Source: Bacteroidota bacterium
GTDB lineage: Bacteria > Bacteroidota > Rhodothermia > Rhodothermales > JANQRZ01
NCBI GenBank assembly: GCA_038746285.1
Contig: JBCDKT010000013.1
Location: forward strand, 13,126 to 77,125
Direction of reading: 5' to 3'
DNA length: 64,000 nucleotides
Every line of letters starts with the position of its first letter. Position 1 is the first letter of the stretch. The notes under the pieces were generated by a model, which saw only the letters and a program-made list of their open reading frames with translations, was not told the DNA's origin and did not search any database. Positions 1 through 11,800 of this stretch are shown piece by piece. Made by a program: the position numbers and the translations under genes.

Positions 1-2766
1 GGACCAGACGACGAACGCACCGGCGGCGAGCTCGGGATGGTCCGCCGTGCTGACACTTGCGGCCGTGCGCATGTCGAGCGCGAAGTCCGGGCTGGACCCG
101 GCGTCACTCGCAAGCGTGAACCGGCCGAGACCGTCGAGCGCCGCCGGGTCCCACGAGAGCACGATGGCGTCGCTGCCGGCGGCCGGCGCGTAGACGAGCG
201 CGAAGACCTTGTCCATGCCTACCTCGAAGCGGCGCACGTCGTCGTAGTAGTCTGTCGGGGTGCCGTCGTCGGTGCCGCGCAGCCGGGCGTCGAAGGCACC
301 GGTCGGGGCGGGCGGCGGGGCGAGGCGGTCGAACTCGACGTCGAAGTCGTCCGTCGCGGCCGGGTCGTGGCCGAGGACGAGAGCGCGGCTGCGGGTGCCG
401 TCGCCGGCGGTGACGGTGAAGGCCGCGGCCGGCTCCGTCGTCCGGGCCGGCGTGCGGGACCCGGTGCCGGCGCAGTCGAGCGTGAGCGCACCCGCATCCT
501 CGACGCGGACCCAGGTGCCCTCGCCCTGCCGCAGCGTGTCGGCCTCGACGTAGACCTCGTCGAACCGGAAGAACGTGCCGGGCAGGATGATGCCGCCGGG
601 GTCCTGGATGGCCGACACCGGGAGGTCGCACGACGGGCCGGCGATGAGCTGCCACCCGGCCGCACCGAAGCTGAGGCCGACCTGCGGCTGCGCGATGCCT
701 GTCACGGTGTAGGTCGCCGCTTGGTCGAAGAAGGCCCAGAAGCCCGCGCCCACGGCGAGCGTGTCCGCGACGGTGTAGCTCGCGCCGTCCCATGCGAACG
801 GCGGCTGCGGGAGCGGCGGCGCACTGAAGACGGCCTGGTAGCTGGCGTCGGACGGCTCGTTCGGCAGTCCGAGTAGCTCCCAACCCGTCCCGACCGCAAG
901 GTCGACGGCCGTCGTCCGGGCGTGGACGATCTGGAAGATGGTGGTGCAGGGGTCCTCGGTGGCGCATCCGGCGGTGAGGTCGTAGGACGAGACGGCGCGG
1001 AAGTCCACGGGACTCGTCGCGCCTGGCGCGAGGAGGAGCAGGCTCCCCTCGGCCGGCAGCGTCGCGCCGGACCAGTCGAGCACGACGGGGTACTCAGCCT
1101 GGAGCGCCCGGACGGTCGCGGTCCATGTGACCGTGTCGTTGTCCTCGGAGAGCGAGAGGCGGAAGTCGTCGAAGAGTTCGGTCCCGAGCACCGGCGGCAG
1201 GAAGCGCGCGTCGAAGGTCGGGTCGGGCGGACGCGGCGGCGCGAAGCGGTCGTAGTCCGCGTCGAAGGCGTCGGTCGCGTCGGGCGCAGTCCCGAACGCG
1301 AGCGCGATCGTCGCCCCACCGGCCGAGGCCGTGAACGGCACGCTGAAGTCCACTCCGCTCGCAACAGGGGTGACCTCCAGGGTCACGGCGAGCGTGGCGT
1401 CGGCGTAGCCCGCCTCGGCGGCGGTGACCGTCGCCGTGTAAGTGCCGGCCGCAAGGCCGTCAGCGCTAGCCGTGAACGAGGCCGGCGTGTCTACGGTCGC
1501 CGCCGCAGGCACAGTGAGCCAGGTCGGGGCGAGGCCGGTGGCGTCGTCCACAGCGGTGAGGGCAACGGGGCCGCTTGGGGCGGGACCGCTCGTGACGCTG
1601 AGCGTGGCGTCGTCCGAGGCGCTGCCGGTGCCTTCGTCGAGACTTAGCGAGAGGCTGGCCGGCGCAAACGCGAGGCCGGCCGCCGGGGTCGTCGCGCAGG
1701 CCACGTTCGAGTAGGCTGACGCGCCCGCCGGGTTCGTCGCCCGGACGCGGTAGCAGGACTCGGTCTCGGGGCTAAGGCCCGTGTCGCCGTAGGTCGTGGC
1801 GTCGGCCGCCTCGGTCGAGAGGAGCAAGAACGGGCCGCCCACGCTCGCGCCGCGCTCGACCTCGTAGGCACTCTCGTCGCTCGCGTTGTCGGTCCAGGCC
1901 AGGTCGATAGCCGTCGGCGAGACGGCCGTCGCGCCGAGACCAGTCGGGGCCACCGGCGGCGTCGCCTCGGCCGGCGTCGTCGCACAGGCAACGTTGGAAT
2001 AGGCCGAGGCTCCGCTGGCGTTTGTGGCCCGGACCCGGTAGCAGTACTCGGTCTCCGCGCTCAGCCCGGTGTCGCCGTAGGCCGTCACGTCCGCTGCCTC
2101 CGTGGAGACGAGCGCGAACGGACCGCCGGCGCTCGCGCCGCGCTCGACCTCGTAGGCACTCTCGTCGCCCGCGTTGTCGGTCCAGGCAATGTCGATAGCC
2201 GTCGGCGAGACGGCCGTCGCGCCGAGGCCCGTCGGCGCGGCCGGCGGCGCAAGGTCGAGGACGAGGACGAGCGTGCGGTAGCCGAAGAAGTCGCGCGGGG
2301 TGTCCGGGGCCGCGCTGCTCCCGGCCCCGTCGAGGTCCACGCCGAACGTCTCGTTCGCGCCCGAGGGGTCGTCGGTGAGGCGAAGCGCGCCGTCGGGCAG
2401 CCCGGCATCGTCCCAGGTGAGGGTCACGCCGGCCTCGGTGCCGCCGGTGACCTTGCCCCGGTAGAAGATCGTGAACTGGAGCTGCGTGTTCGTCGCCCGA
2501 ACGTCCGTCTTCAGCCCGTTGCCGAAGCCGGGGATACGGGCGTCGAAGGCCCCGCCGGGCGGCGGCGGCGGCAGCTCCTCGTCGAAGGCGGCGTCGAAGC
2601 CGTCGGTGGCCGCCGGGTCCATGCCCATCGTAATCGTCTCGTCGTTGCCGTCGGCGTCAGCGATCGTGAGCGCGAGGTCGAACGCATTTAGCTGGGCCTG
2701 GGCCGCGTGCGGCAGCAGGAAGAGCAAGCAAGCAAAAGCAGCGACGTATCGGAAGTAAGGAAGCAT
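1..2766 (-). CDS. Secreted multidomain protein (signal peptide, 2x fibronectin type III, Ig-like, 3x FD..PPxPP..FDAR modules); 3' end runs off the window
   Basis: Not in the ORF track because there is no stop in the window. Hand translation from ATG at 2766: MLPYFRYVAAFACLLFLLPHAAQAQ signal, then two FN3 repeats (PTGLGATAVSPTAIDIAWTDN..YCYRVRATN), open to position 1. Shares the GW.L.GP.SC module with the neighbouring T9SS protein. Confidence 0.85.
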   Translation of the reverse strand, partial: MLPYFRYVAAFACLLFLLPHAAQAQLNAFDLALTIADADGNDETITMGMDPAATDGFDAAFDEELPPPPPGGAFDARIPGFGNGLKTDVRATNTQLQFTIFYRGKVTGGTEAGVTLTWDDAGLPDGALRLTDDPSGANETFGVDLDGAGSSAAPDTPRDFFGYRTLVLVLDLAPPAAPTGLGATAVSPTAIDIAWTDNAGDESAYEVERGASAGGPFALVSTEAADVTAYGDTGLSAETEYCYRVRATNASGASAYSNVACATTPAEATPPVAPTGLGATAVSPTAIDLAWTDNASDESAYEVERGASVGGPFLLLSTEAADATTYGDTGLSPETESCYRVRATNPAGASAYSNVACATTPAAGLAFAPASLSLSLDEGTGSASDDATLSVTSGPAPSGPVALTAVDDATGLAPTWLTVPAAATVDTPASFTASADGLAAGTYTATVTAAEAGYADATLAVTLEVTPVASGVDFSVPFTASAGGATIALAFGTAPDATDAFDADYDRFAPPRPPDPTFDARFLPPVLGTELFDDFRLSLSEDNDTVTWTATVRALQAEYPVVLDWSGATLPAEGSLLLLAPGATSPVDFRAVSSYDLTAGCATEDPCTTIFQIVHARTTAVDLAVGTGWELLGLPNEPSDASYQAVFSAPPLPQPPFAWDGASYTVADTLAVGAGFWAFFDQAATYTVTGIAQPQVGLSFGAAGWQLIAGPSCDLPVSAIQDPGGIILPGTFFRFDEVYVEADTLRQGEGTWVRVEDAGALTLDCAGTGSRTPARTTEPAAAFTVTAGDGTRSRALVLGHDPAATDDFDVEFDRLAPPPAPTGAFDARLRGTDDGTPTDYYDDVRRFEVGMDKVFALVYAPAAGSDAIVLSWDPAALDGLGRFTLASDAGSSPDFALDMRTAASVSTADHPELAAGAFVVWS
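1690..2245 (-). repeat. Tandem ~288-bp duplication encoding two FN3 domains
   Basis: Near-identical blocks, e.g. ctcgcgccgcgctcgacctcgtaggcactctcgtcg occurs twice; gtagcag at 1750 and 2038. Confidence 0.9.
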
Positions 2767-2853
2767 CAGGGTAGTCCGTCTTTAGGTCTGGATTAAGGAG
2801 AGCGCAGCGAGCGTCAGGGCCGGCAGGCAATGCGCCCGCCGACCCTGCGCGTC

Positions 2854-5800
2854 CTACTTCACGAGTGTCAGGCGTCCGGTCTCGACGACCGTTTCGGACG
2901 GCATCGCGGCTTCGAGCTGGAAGACGTAGACGCCCGAGGCGAGGCTGGCTGCCCGGATCTCAAGCTGGTGCGCAGCACCCGCTTCGAGAGTCCCTTCGGT
3001 CTCCATCACCCGGCGGCCGAGCACGTCGTAGAGCGTGAGCCGCACCTCGGCCTGCTCCGGTAGGTCGAACGACACCGTCGCCTGGCGGCGGAACGGGTTC
3101 GGGTAGGCCCCGTTGAGCGCGAACGTCTCGGGCAGGGCCTCCGACTTCGGCCGGACCTGGAGCGTCGTCCCGGCCTCGGCGATCTCGACGGCGGTGCCGG
3201 ACGCGACCGTGTAGGTCGCCGCCACGGTGCCCTCGACGAGCACGTCGAGTTCGTACTCGGCCTCGGCGCCGTCCACCTCGACGGTGAGTGGGTACGCCGC
3301 GGTCTGAACGAGGACGGTGGCTTCCGTCGCCTCGGCGAGGCGGGCGTCGCCTGCGAAGCGGGCGTCGAACGCGCCGGCCGGCGGGAGCGGCGGGAGCGCG
3401 AACTGCGCGGCCTCCGTCTCCTCGTCCAGCGAGCGGCCGAAGTGGAGCGTACGCTCGTACCCGGCAGCGTCGGCGATGCGGAGGGCGGAGAACCCGCTGA
3501 GGGCCTCCTCCGTCCGGCTCGCGGCTGTCGTGCCGGCCGCCTGCGAGGCCGCGCCCTTGCGCTGCGCCGTCTCGCCCTTCAGCGACGCCGTCTGCACCGG
3601 GCGGGCGTTATCCGCCAGCACAGGCTGCGTCGCCGACGGACGGGCCACGGCGCACGAGACCGGGAGGTCGAAGGCGCTCGCGCCGTCGGCCACCTTGACC
3701 CAGTAGCCGTCGCCGGGCGTGAGCGTGGAGGCGACGAAGTACGCGCCGTCGAACCCGTAGACCGTGCCGGAGACAATGCTCGGGTGGTCGTTGAGCGTGC
3801 TCGCAGGCACGGCGCACGACGGCGGGCCGACGAGGGCCCATCCGGCCCCGCCGAAGGCGAGGGTGTCGGACAGCACCGGCGTGCCTTCGAGGTTGAAGCT
3901 AGCGGCCTGCTGGAACTTCAGCCACGCGCCGCGCCCAATCGTCAGCTCTGCCGGGTCCGGCGTCGTGTAGGCCCCGTCGAACTCGAAGAACGTGTTCTCC
4001 ACGACGAAGACCGGGCTCTGCGGATCGCCACCGGCACCGCCTTCGAAGACGGCGAGGTAGCCCGGGTCGGGGACCTCGGCCGGGAGCGAGACGAGGTTCC
4101 AGCCCTCGGCGTACGCCACCGGGAACGCGGCCGTGTCGCCGAGTTCGAGGATGAGCACGTTCGAGGTCTGGCTCGTCTGTTCGCCCTGGCCGTCCACGAC
4201 GGCGATGAAGTGGTTCAGGCCGCCGTCGGGCGCGCTGCCCGAGCCCGGCGTTTCGAGGAGCGTGACGGGCACGCTCGCCGCGCCGGTGCCGTCGAGGGTA
4301 CCGGTGTAGAGCACCTTCGCGACAGCCTCGTTGGCCTCGAACGGGTCCACGTCGTAGCCGACGGTCGGGTTGCCCGGATCGATGTAGAGGCGGGCGTCGA
4401 CCTGGAGCAGCGTGAACGCGGCCCCGGCTTCACCCGCGACGGTGATCGTCTGGGCGGCGTCGGTCACGCTCGCGGCGGCGCGGTCCCCGTCGAGCGGAGT
4501 GAGCGCAGCGGCCGTGCCGAGCACCGGTGCCATCGAGGAGTCGGGTGCGATAACGGCCTGGGCACCGCCGAGACTGCCCTCGTCGAAGAGGCTCGACGCG
4601 AGGACCGACCCGTCGGCGAACGTCACTGTGACCGTCGCTCCGACGTTCTCGAAGCCCGAGATCGAGCCGGCGTCGCCCGTGCTGAGGTCGCCCTTGATCG
4701 AGGTCGGGTCCATGTCGACGCCGAAGGCGAAGACCTCGGCCGGGTTGAAGTCCGTGAAGTCGAGCGTGAGGACGTCGTAGCCCTCCTCGTCGTCCACGCC
4801 GTTGTGCGGCTGCGCGAACACGTCCACGCAGTCGGGGTCGCTCCCCGATCCGCCGTTGGCCGGGACCGTGATGCCGACCTCGGCCGCGGTGTCGCCGGCC
4901 GAGCCTGCGGTGAGGCACTTCGCGCCGTTGTCTCCGGCCTTGCCGACCGGGTCGAAGACCACGTCGGGCATGAACGCCGTGCTCGCGTCCACGGTGACGT
5001 TCGTGATGTCCACGTCGCCCGTGTTGGTGATGAAGAACGAGTTGTTGTTGAACGTGCTCGCCCCGAGACCGGCCCCGGGCGTGACCTCGACGAACGCGCT
5101 CGGGTTGGTCACCGGCACCGGCTCCCCTACGGTCCAGACGAACTCGACCTCGGTCGTGGCGGCCCCGTCAGTGACGGCGACCGTCACGTCGTAGGGACTG
5201 CCTGCCGCGGCCCCGTCGGCCCCGGTCGCGCGCGGCGACTCCGGCAGGCTCGTGTCGGTCGGGTTGCCGCTGTAGCCGGCCTCGGCCATCACCATCCGGT
5301 CGATGACGTGGGACGACGAGCGGGCCGAGACGAGGATGTTGTAGACCCCCGCCGCGTCGAAGCGCGCGTAGATCTGGTGCGCGTCGTTGTCGCTCGTGTT
5401 TGTGCTCCAGCTCCAGTTGTTGGCACCGCTGGAGTAGACCTTGAACCAGCCGCCGGAACCAGACCCTTCGGGAACGCCGCCGGTGCAGTCGTTCTCAGCC
5501 GGGTCGTAGCCCTTCGGGCAGACGATGCTGCCGCTGCCCTTCTCGCCGTAGAAAGCGTCGGCTTCGATCTTCAGCCATGTGTCGTTGTGCTCCGTGGCGT
5601 TGGTGCCGTTGCCGACCTGGTTGCGCCACTGGAACTGGTAGGTCCCAGGCGTCGAGATCTCGACGGGGAACGTCATCAGTCCGTTGCCGGGGCTGCCGAA
5701 GAACTGCGAGCCTTCCCACACGAGGAACTGCCCGCCCGTGGCGTTGCCGGGGTTGTTGATGTTCGGCGAGGTCGGGTTCTCGTCCGGGCCGAGGACCCAG

Positions 5801-8800
5801 TTCGAGGGCCGGTTGTCGGCCGACTCTAGCTCGATCACGACGAGGCCGCCCTGCTCCTGGAACGCGCCGCTGCCCATCGTACCCGAGGCAATCGTGCCGC
5901 TGATGAGGCCGGTCGCCGGGTCGATGGAGAGGCCGAGCGGGAGGTCGGTCGCGCTGTAGGCGAGCGCCTGCGGCCCGTCGTCGTCGCTCGCGTCGATCTG
6001 GAGGCTGACGGTGTCGCCCTCGGCGTTGTTCTGGTCGCCGGGGTTGGTGACGAGCGGGGCGTTGTTCGGCCCCACGTTGACGGCAAGAACCTCGATACCC
6101 TTGAGGGCTGGGTTCTCGACATCGTGGATGAACGTGAGGTCGAGCGTGCCGTCGCTCACGACGAGCGTGTGGGTGCGCATGAACGCGCCCTTCGGCCCGG
6201 CCTCGGCGATGGCGTCGATGCCGTCGAAGGCGGCCGGGACGACGCCCTCGACCTCCACGTCGAAGACGCGCTCACCCGGTGCGTCCACGCCGCTGAACAG
6301 CTCGGCGAAGAAGAGGCGCACCTCAATCGTTGTACCCGGGTCGATGTTCGGGAAGGCCCACTGCATCTCCGGCGCCGAGGCTGCGTCGTAGCGCTCGAAG
6401 TTGAAGAGCGAGGCTGGGACGCCCGCCGGGAGTGACGGGTGCGTCATCACGATCGGGCCGGGGTGGGCGCTGCCCGCGTTCCCGTTGTACGTGCTGCCCC
6501 CGGTGCTCATCGCGACGAGGAAGGGCGAGTTGCCCGCGTTGCCGAAGTTGCCCTGGTCCTTCGTCCAGTCCGGCGAGGACCCGTCGGCCGCGGCCACGAG
6601 CGCGCCACCGACGTTGACCCGGTGGAGCACCACCGCCGGTGCCGGCTCGGCGACGGTGACGGTGATCGTCTGGATCGCCTCGGGGTTCTGGTACTCGCCG
6701 TGGTTGACCTCGGCCACGCGCACGGTGATCGTGTGCTGGCCGGGCGCGACGCCGGTGAACGTGTAGGACCCGTTCTGCGGGAGGCTCCCGATGTGCGGCT
6801 CGGTGTCGAGCTGCGCGTGGACGTGGTCACTTTCGAGGAGCTGCGTCGTCGTCCACGTCACCGTGATCGAGTCCGCCGTGATCGTCGCGCCGTCGGCGGG
6901 CGAGACGAGCGTGATCGTCGGGATGTGCGGGACGACGGTGATGGCGAACGACTCGGTCGCCGGGTCGATTCCGTCGGTCGCGGTGACAGTGGCGGTGTAG
7001 CTGCCCGCGTCGCCCGACTGCGTGGGCCACGTGAAGAAGCCCGTGCCGTCGCCGTTGTCGGTGAACGTGTAGTCGGTGTCCGGGACGACCGAGCTGTCGC
7101 CGTCGTCCACGACCTCGACCGAGAGCGCGATCGTGTCGCCCGCATCGGCGTCGGTCGCTGAGACGGCGATGTTCGTGACCTCGTCACCGGCCGTCAGCGA
7201 CACGTCGTCGATCGGGTCGAGCACCGGCGCGTTGTTGGCCGTGCCGGTAATCGAGACGATCTCGATGCCCTTGAGGGCCGGGTTCTGCGCGCCCTTGACG
7301 AAGTCGATGTCGAGGGTACCGTCGGAGACGGCCACGACGAAGGTCTCCTTCGTCGCCACGTTGATCTGGTTGCCGGCGGCGACGTAGGGGTCGTAGTCGT
7401 CGAGCTCGGTGACACCCTCGATCTGCACGTCGAAGACGCGCACGCCGGGGTTGGATGCCCCACTCCAGTTCTCGGCGAAGTAGAGGTTGACCTCGTAGCT
7501 GCCGTCGGCGACGGGGAAGTCCCAACCCATGTTGTCGGGGTTCGCGGCGTCGCTGAAGCGTTCGTGCGCGAATAGGTCGTCGGGGGCCCCGGTGCTGTTG
7601 GTGATCGAGAAGCCGGTCGGGCCGAAGGTTTTGTCCACGGCCGGCGGCGTCAGGTCGAGGTAGGGCGAGGGCGTGCCCACCGAAGCGGACCCGTTCGCAC
7701 CGCTACCCGTCGCAGCCTGGTCTTCGCCCCACGCAGGACCGCCGTCGGTCGCGGCGAGCTGCGGCCCACCGTTGTTGACGCGGTAGAGCACGGTGCTCGT
7801 GCCAGCGGCCGTGACGGTCCACATGAACGTCTCGCTGTCGCTGAGCGCGGGGCTGCCGTCATCGGTCACGGTGACGGTGACGGTGTAGGGGCTGCCCGCC
7901 GCTGCACCGACCGCAATCGTGCCGAAGACCTGGCCGTTGGTCGGCTCGATGTCGAGGCCGGCCGGGAGACCCGCAGCGGCGTAGGTCAGGTTCTGCCCCG
8001 CGTCGGGGTCCGTCGCCGTGACGGTGAGGGCCGACACGTCGCCCTCCTGGCTGGCCTGGTCGCCGATGGGATCGAGCACAGGCGCGTTGTTCGCCACCGG
8101 GCTGCCCCCACCGAGAATCTCAATGGCGTTGATGAGCGTGTTCTCCACGTCGTGGATGAACTCGATGTCGAGCGTGCCGTCGGCGACGGTGATCGGCACC
8201 TCGATCATCGCGCCGACCTGGTGGCCGTAGGTGGCCGAGAGGTCGAGGCCGGCGATCTCAGGCGGACTGCCTCCTTCGAGGTTGATGTCGAAGACGCGGT
8301 CGCCCGGACCACTCGTCCCGCCAAAGCCGTTCTTGAGGTAGAGGCGGACGGCGAAGTCTCCGTTGCCAGTCGGGAAGCTGTAGAGCATCTCCGGCGCGCC
8401 CGACGGGTCCCACCGCTCGGTGGCGTAGAGGGCCGACGGCGTACCGGCCGGCACCGAGGCATCAAGGCTCGCCGTGGGGAAGCCGTTCGTCATGCCTCCG
8501 CCCTGCACGAGGTACTCGGAGCCGCCTGATCCCTGGTCGGCAATCCAGTCGATCTCGCCGTCCGTCGCGGCGACGAGTGCACCACCCGCGTTGACGCGGA
8601 AGAGGACGGCCGGCTGGATCGTCGGGTCGTAGGCGAGCACGACCACGTCGGAGACCGGCCCGGTCATCCCGTCGGCCGGGTCCTCGACGGCGGCGACGAA
8701 GATGTTGTGCGTCGTCGTGGCGCTCGCGTTCTCGTCGACGGGCGCGAGGGTGACGGTGAAGTCCACGCCGCCGGGGCTGGTCACCGTCGCCGTCTGCTCG

Positions 8801-11800
8801 TCCACGGCCGTGAAGGAGTTCGTCTCGAACGGGTCCACGTCGTTGCCGCCGCCGGCCTGCTCGAAGAGCGCCGACTCGAAGGCGAGGAGGCGAACGGTGG
8901 AGCCGACGGGCGCGTCGACGCGGATCGTCTGCTGCGCCTGGCCGACGGTCGCTGTCTTGAAGTGGCTCGGCACGCCGCCCGGCGTCGAGAGCGCGACGCC
9001 GTCCACGTCGACCGTGGCACCGGCAGGCTCGGGCGTGCGGACGAGGTTCTCGGCACCGCTGACAGTCGTACTGGCCCCGGTGCCGTCGCCCTCGGCCCCG
9101 CGGAAGAGCGTCGCCGTCTGCGTGGAGCCGTCGGAGAAGGCAACCGTCACCGTCGAGCCGGTGAGCTCGAGGCCGGAGACGCTGCCGGACTCACCCGGCC
9201 CAGGGGCCGAGGTCCCGTTGATCGTCGTCGGGTCCATGTCGATCGAGAACCCGACCGTCTCGCCCGGCTCGAAGTCGGTGAAGGTGATCGTGAGGCCAGC
9301 GAAGCCGCCGTCGTTGGGACTGCTGAAGGTGTGGTTGTCGAAGCCGACGCTGCTGTCGCCGCCGGTCTGCGAGTCAATCGAGAGGTCCTTCGAGGTCGCG
9401 TCGCCGGCCGTCCCGTTCGGGTCGAAGACGACGTCCTGGAGCGCCGCCGTGCTCACGTCGAACGTGACGCTCGTGATGTTCGCGGCGGCCGAGAGGTTCT
9501 CGACGAAGAGGGAGTTCGAGCTGAAGGTGCTCTTGTTGATGGTGCCGGTCGGGGTGACCTGCACGAGGGCGGCCGTCTCGGACGGGGCCTCGTAGACCTC
9601 GAAGAGGTCCCAGGTCGCGCCGAACTCGGGCGCGTTGTCGCCGGGGCTGTTGGCCGTGGCAATCGTGCCGACGGCGAGGCCCTGGCCGTCGTTCGGGTCG
9701 AGCCACGCGGCGGGAATGGAGACGGGGCTGCCGAGGTCGTAGACCGTCGCGCCGCCATCGACCGAGGCCTGCGGCTGCGCCGTCAGCGCCTGCGGGTCGA
9801 TGAGGAGGTAGAGGTCGACCTCGCTGGAGGCGAGAATGTCGGCCCCGCCCCAGTCGCCGTTGTCGTACTGGCTCCCACTGGCCGAGCCACCGACCTCTTT
9901 CGCGACTTCCACGCCGCCGTTCCCGCCGTTGGCGTTGAAGACGACCTTGACGAAGTTGTCCTGGTCGCCGGTCCCGACGAACATGCCGAACGACTGCCAG
10001 TCCGTGGGCGTCGAGGGCGAGCCGTTGACGGCGAAGAAGGGCGGTTCGAGCTGGGTCCGGACGACGAACGCAGGCGAGGTCGTGTCGAGGTCGACGCCGA
10101 AGAGGAAGCCGTACTCGCCGGCGTTCTCGTTCTGGTACGTGTCGCCGTGCGGGACGGCCTCGACGGTCAGCTTGCCGGTGGCACCGCCCGCGGCGAGGTT
10201 GTTCTCGTCGAAGAGGTCGAGCCACGTCGTCGTCCCGTCCTCGGGCAGCATAAGCCCGGTGAAGCCGAGGCCGAAGAGGCCGGTGCCGGGGTCGTTGTTC
10301 CAGAGCGGGAAGTTGGCCGGGAGGCCGGTCGCCGTGCCGTTGTCCGCGTCGAGGGCGAAGACGTCGACCACGTCGAGGATACCGTCGCCGTCGTCGTCGT
10401 CGTCGTTGAGGTCGGAGACCAGGTCGCCGTCGAAGTCGTTGGGCTTGCTGCCGCCGCTGCACGCGTTGGTGCCGTTGTCGGCTTCGTCGCCGTTGGTATA
10501 GCCGTCGGCGTCGGCGTCGGCGCTCGGGTCGCTCGTGTCGCAGGCACCGAAGTCCTGCGGCTCGAAGACCGTGATGTTGTTGGCCCCGTAGGTGACGGCC
10601 CAGACGGTACCGGCGAAGATGTCGCCGTCGCCCTGCGCGATCACGTCGAGCGGCTGCGAGCCGAAGCCGGAGAAGAGCGACTCCTCGGTGACGACGTCGT
10701 CGCCGGCCGCGTTGAGTTCGTAGCGGTAGATGTTGCCGTTGAAGGAGGCCGTGAGGAGGTTACCCTCGAGTGCCCCGTTGAAGTTCGAGGCGGTGTACTC
10801 CGTGATCCCGTTCGTCGAGGCGTTGACGATGTCGAGGTACTTGTTGGGATCGTTGGCGCTGTACTCGCACTCGATGGGGTTGCCGGGGAAGTCGCTGATC
10901 GAGAGGTCCGCCGGGAGGAGGTCGGCGAAGTTGTAGGAGGCCGTCTCGACCCAGCTCCCGCTGATCTCTTCGTAGAGAATCACGCCCGCCTTGTCGGGGA
11001 AGGCGCGGATGGGGGCCTGGTGCCCGCCGTAGAAGCCGGGGCCGCTGATGTGGAAGAGTGGGTCGCCGTGGGTGTTGCTGTTGGCCTCGTTGAACTCGTT
11101 GGTGCAGTAGTCGCCGGCGGCCTGGTTGAAGATGCCCGGTGCGGAGCCTTTGAGGGTGCCGCCGTTGTCGTAGACGAGCGCCGTGCCGCCCCAGCCTCCG
11201 TTCGGACCGTTGTCCGAGGTGTAGAGCTCGCCGGCCTGGGTGAACACCACGTCGTAGGCGTTGCGGAAGCCGGGGGCATAGATCTGGACCGGGCCGCCCG
11301 GCTCAGGAATAGCCTGGTTCAGCCCGTTGTTGCCGCCGAAGGGGTCGCCCGGGTCGACCTCGCTGGCGTAGAGCGGGTGGCCGACCGGGTACGGGAAGTC
11401 CGGCGAGGTGTTGTCGATGTTCGCCCGCTGCGGGTCGTCGAGCGTGCGGAGGTCGTAGACGAAGGAGCGGCCGCTGCGCGGGTCCGTGTAGACCGGCATC
11501 GCGTCGAGGGCGTCGAGGTCGACGCTGAGGAGGGCGGCGGAGAGGTAGTATTCCGGGGTGCCGGAGAAGTTGTTGCTCGGTGCTCCCTTGTTGGCGTGGC
11601 CGCCGGACATGACGTAGAGCGTGTTCGTGCTCTCGTCGAGGTCGAGGCCGTTGGTGGAGTGGTTCTCCTCGGAGCGCGGGAGGCCGCGGACGAGGTCCAC
11701 CTCGTCCCACCCCTGGCACGCGCCGCCGCTCATCCCGCCGGAGCAGGTGAGGCGGGTCAGGACGCCCGAGTTGGTGTCGAGCCCGCTGTCGTTGCCGACG

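Noticed and set aside
37-967. Track ORFs at the left edge as the real gene
   Set aside because: Wrong frames; the true CDS is the minus-strand frame from 2766, which lacks a stop in the window
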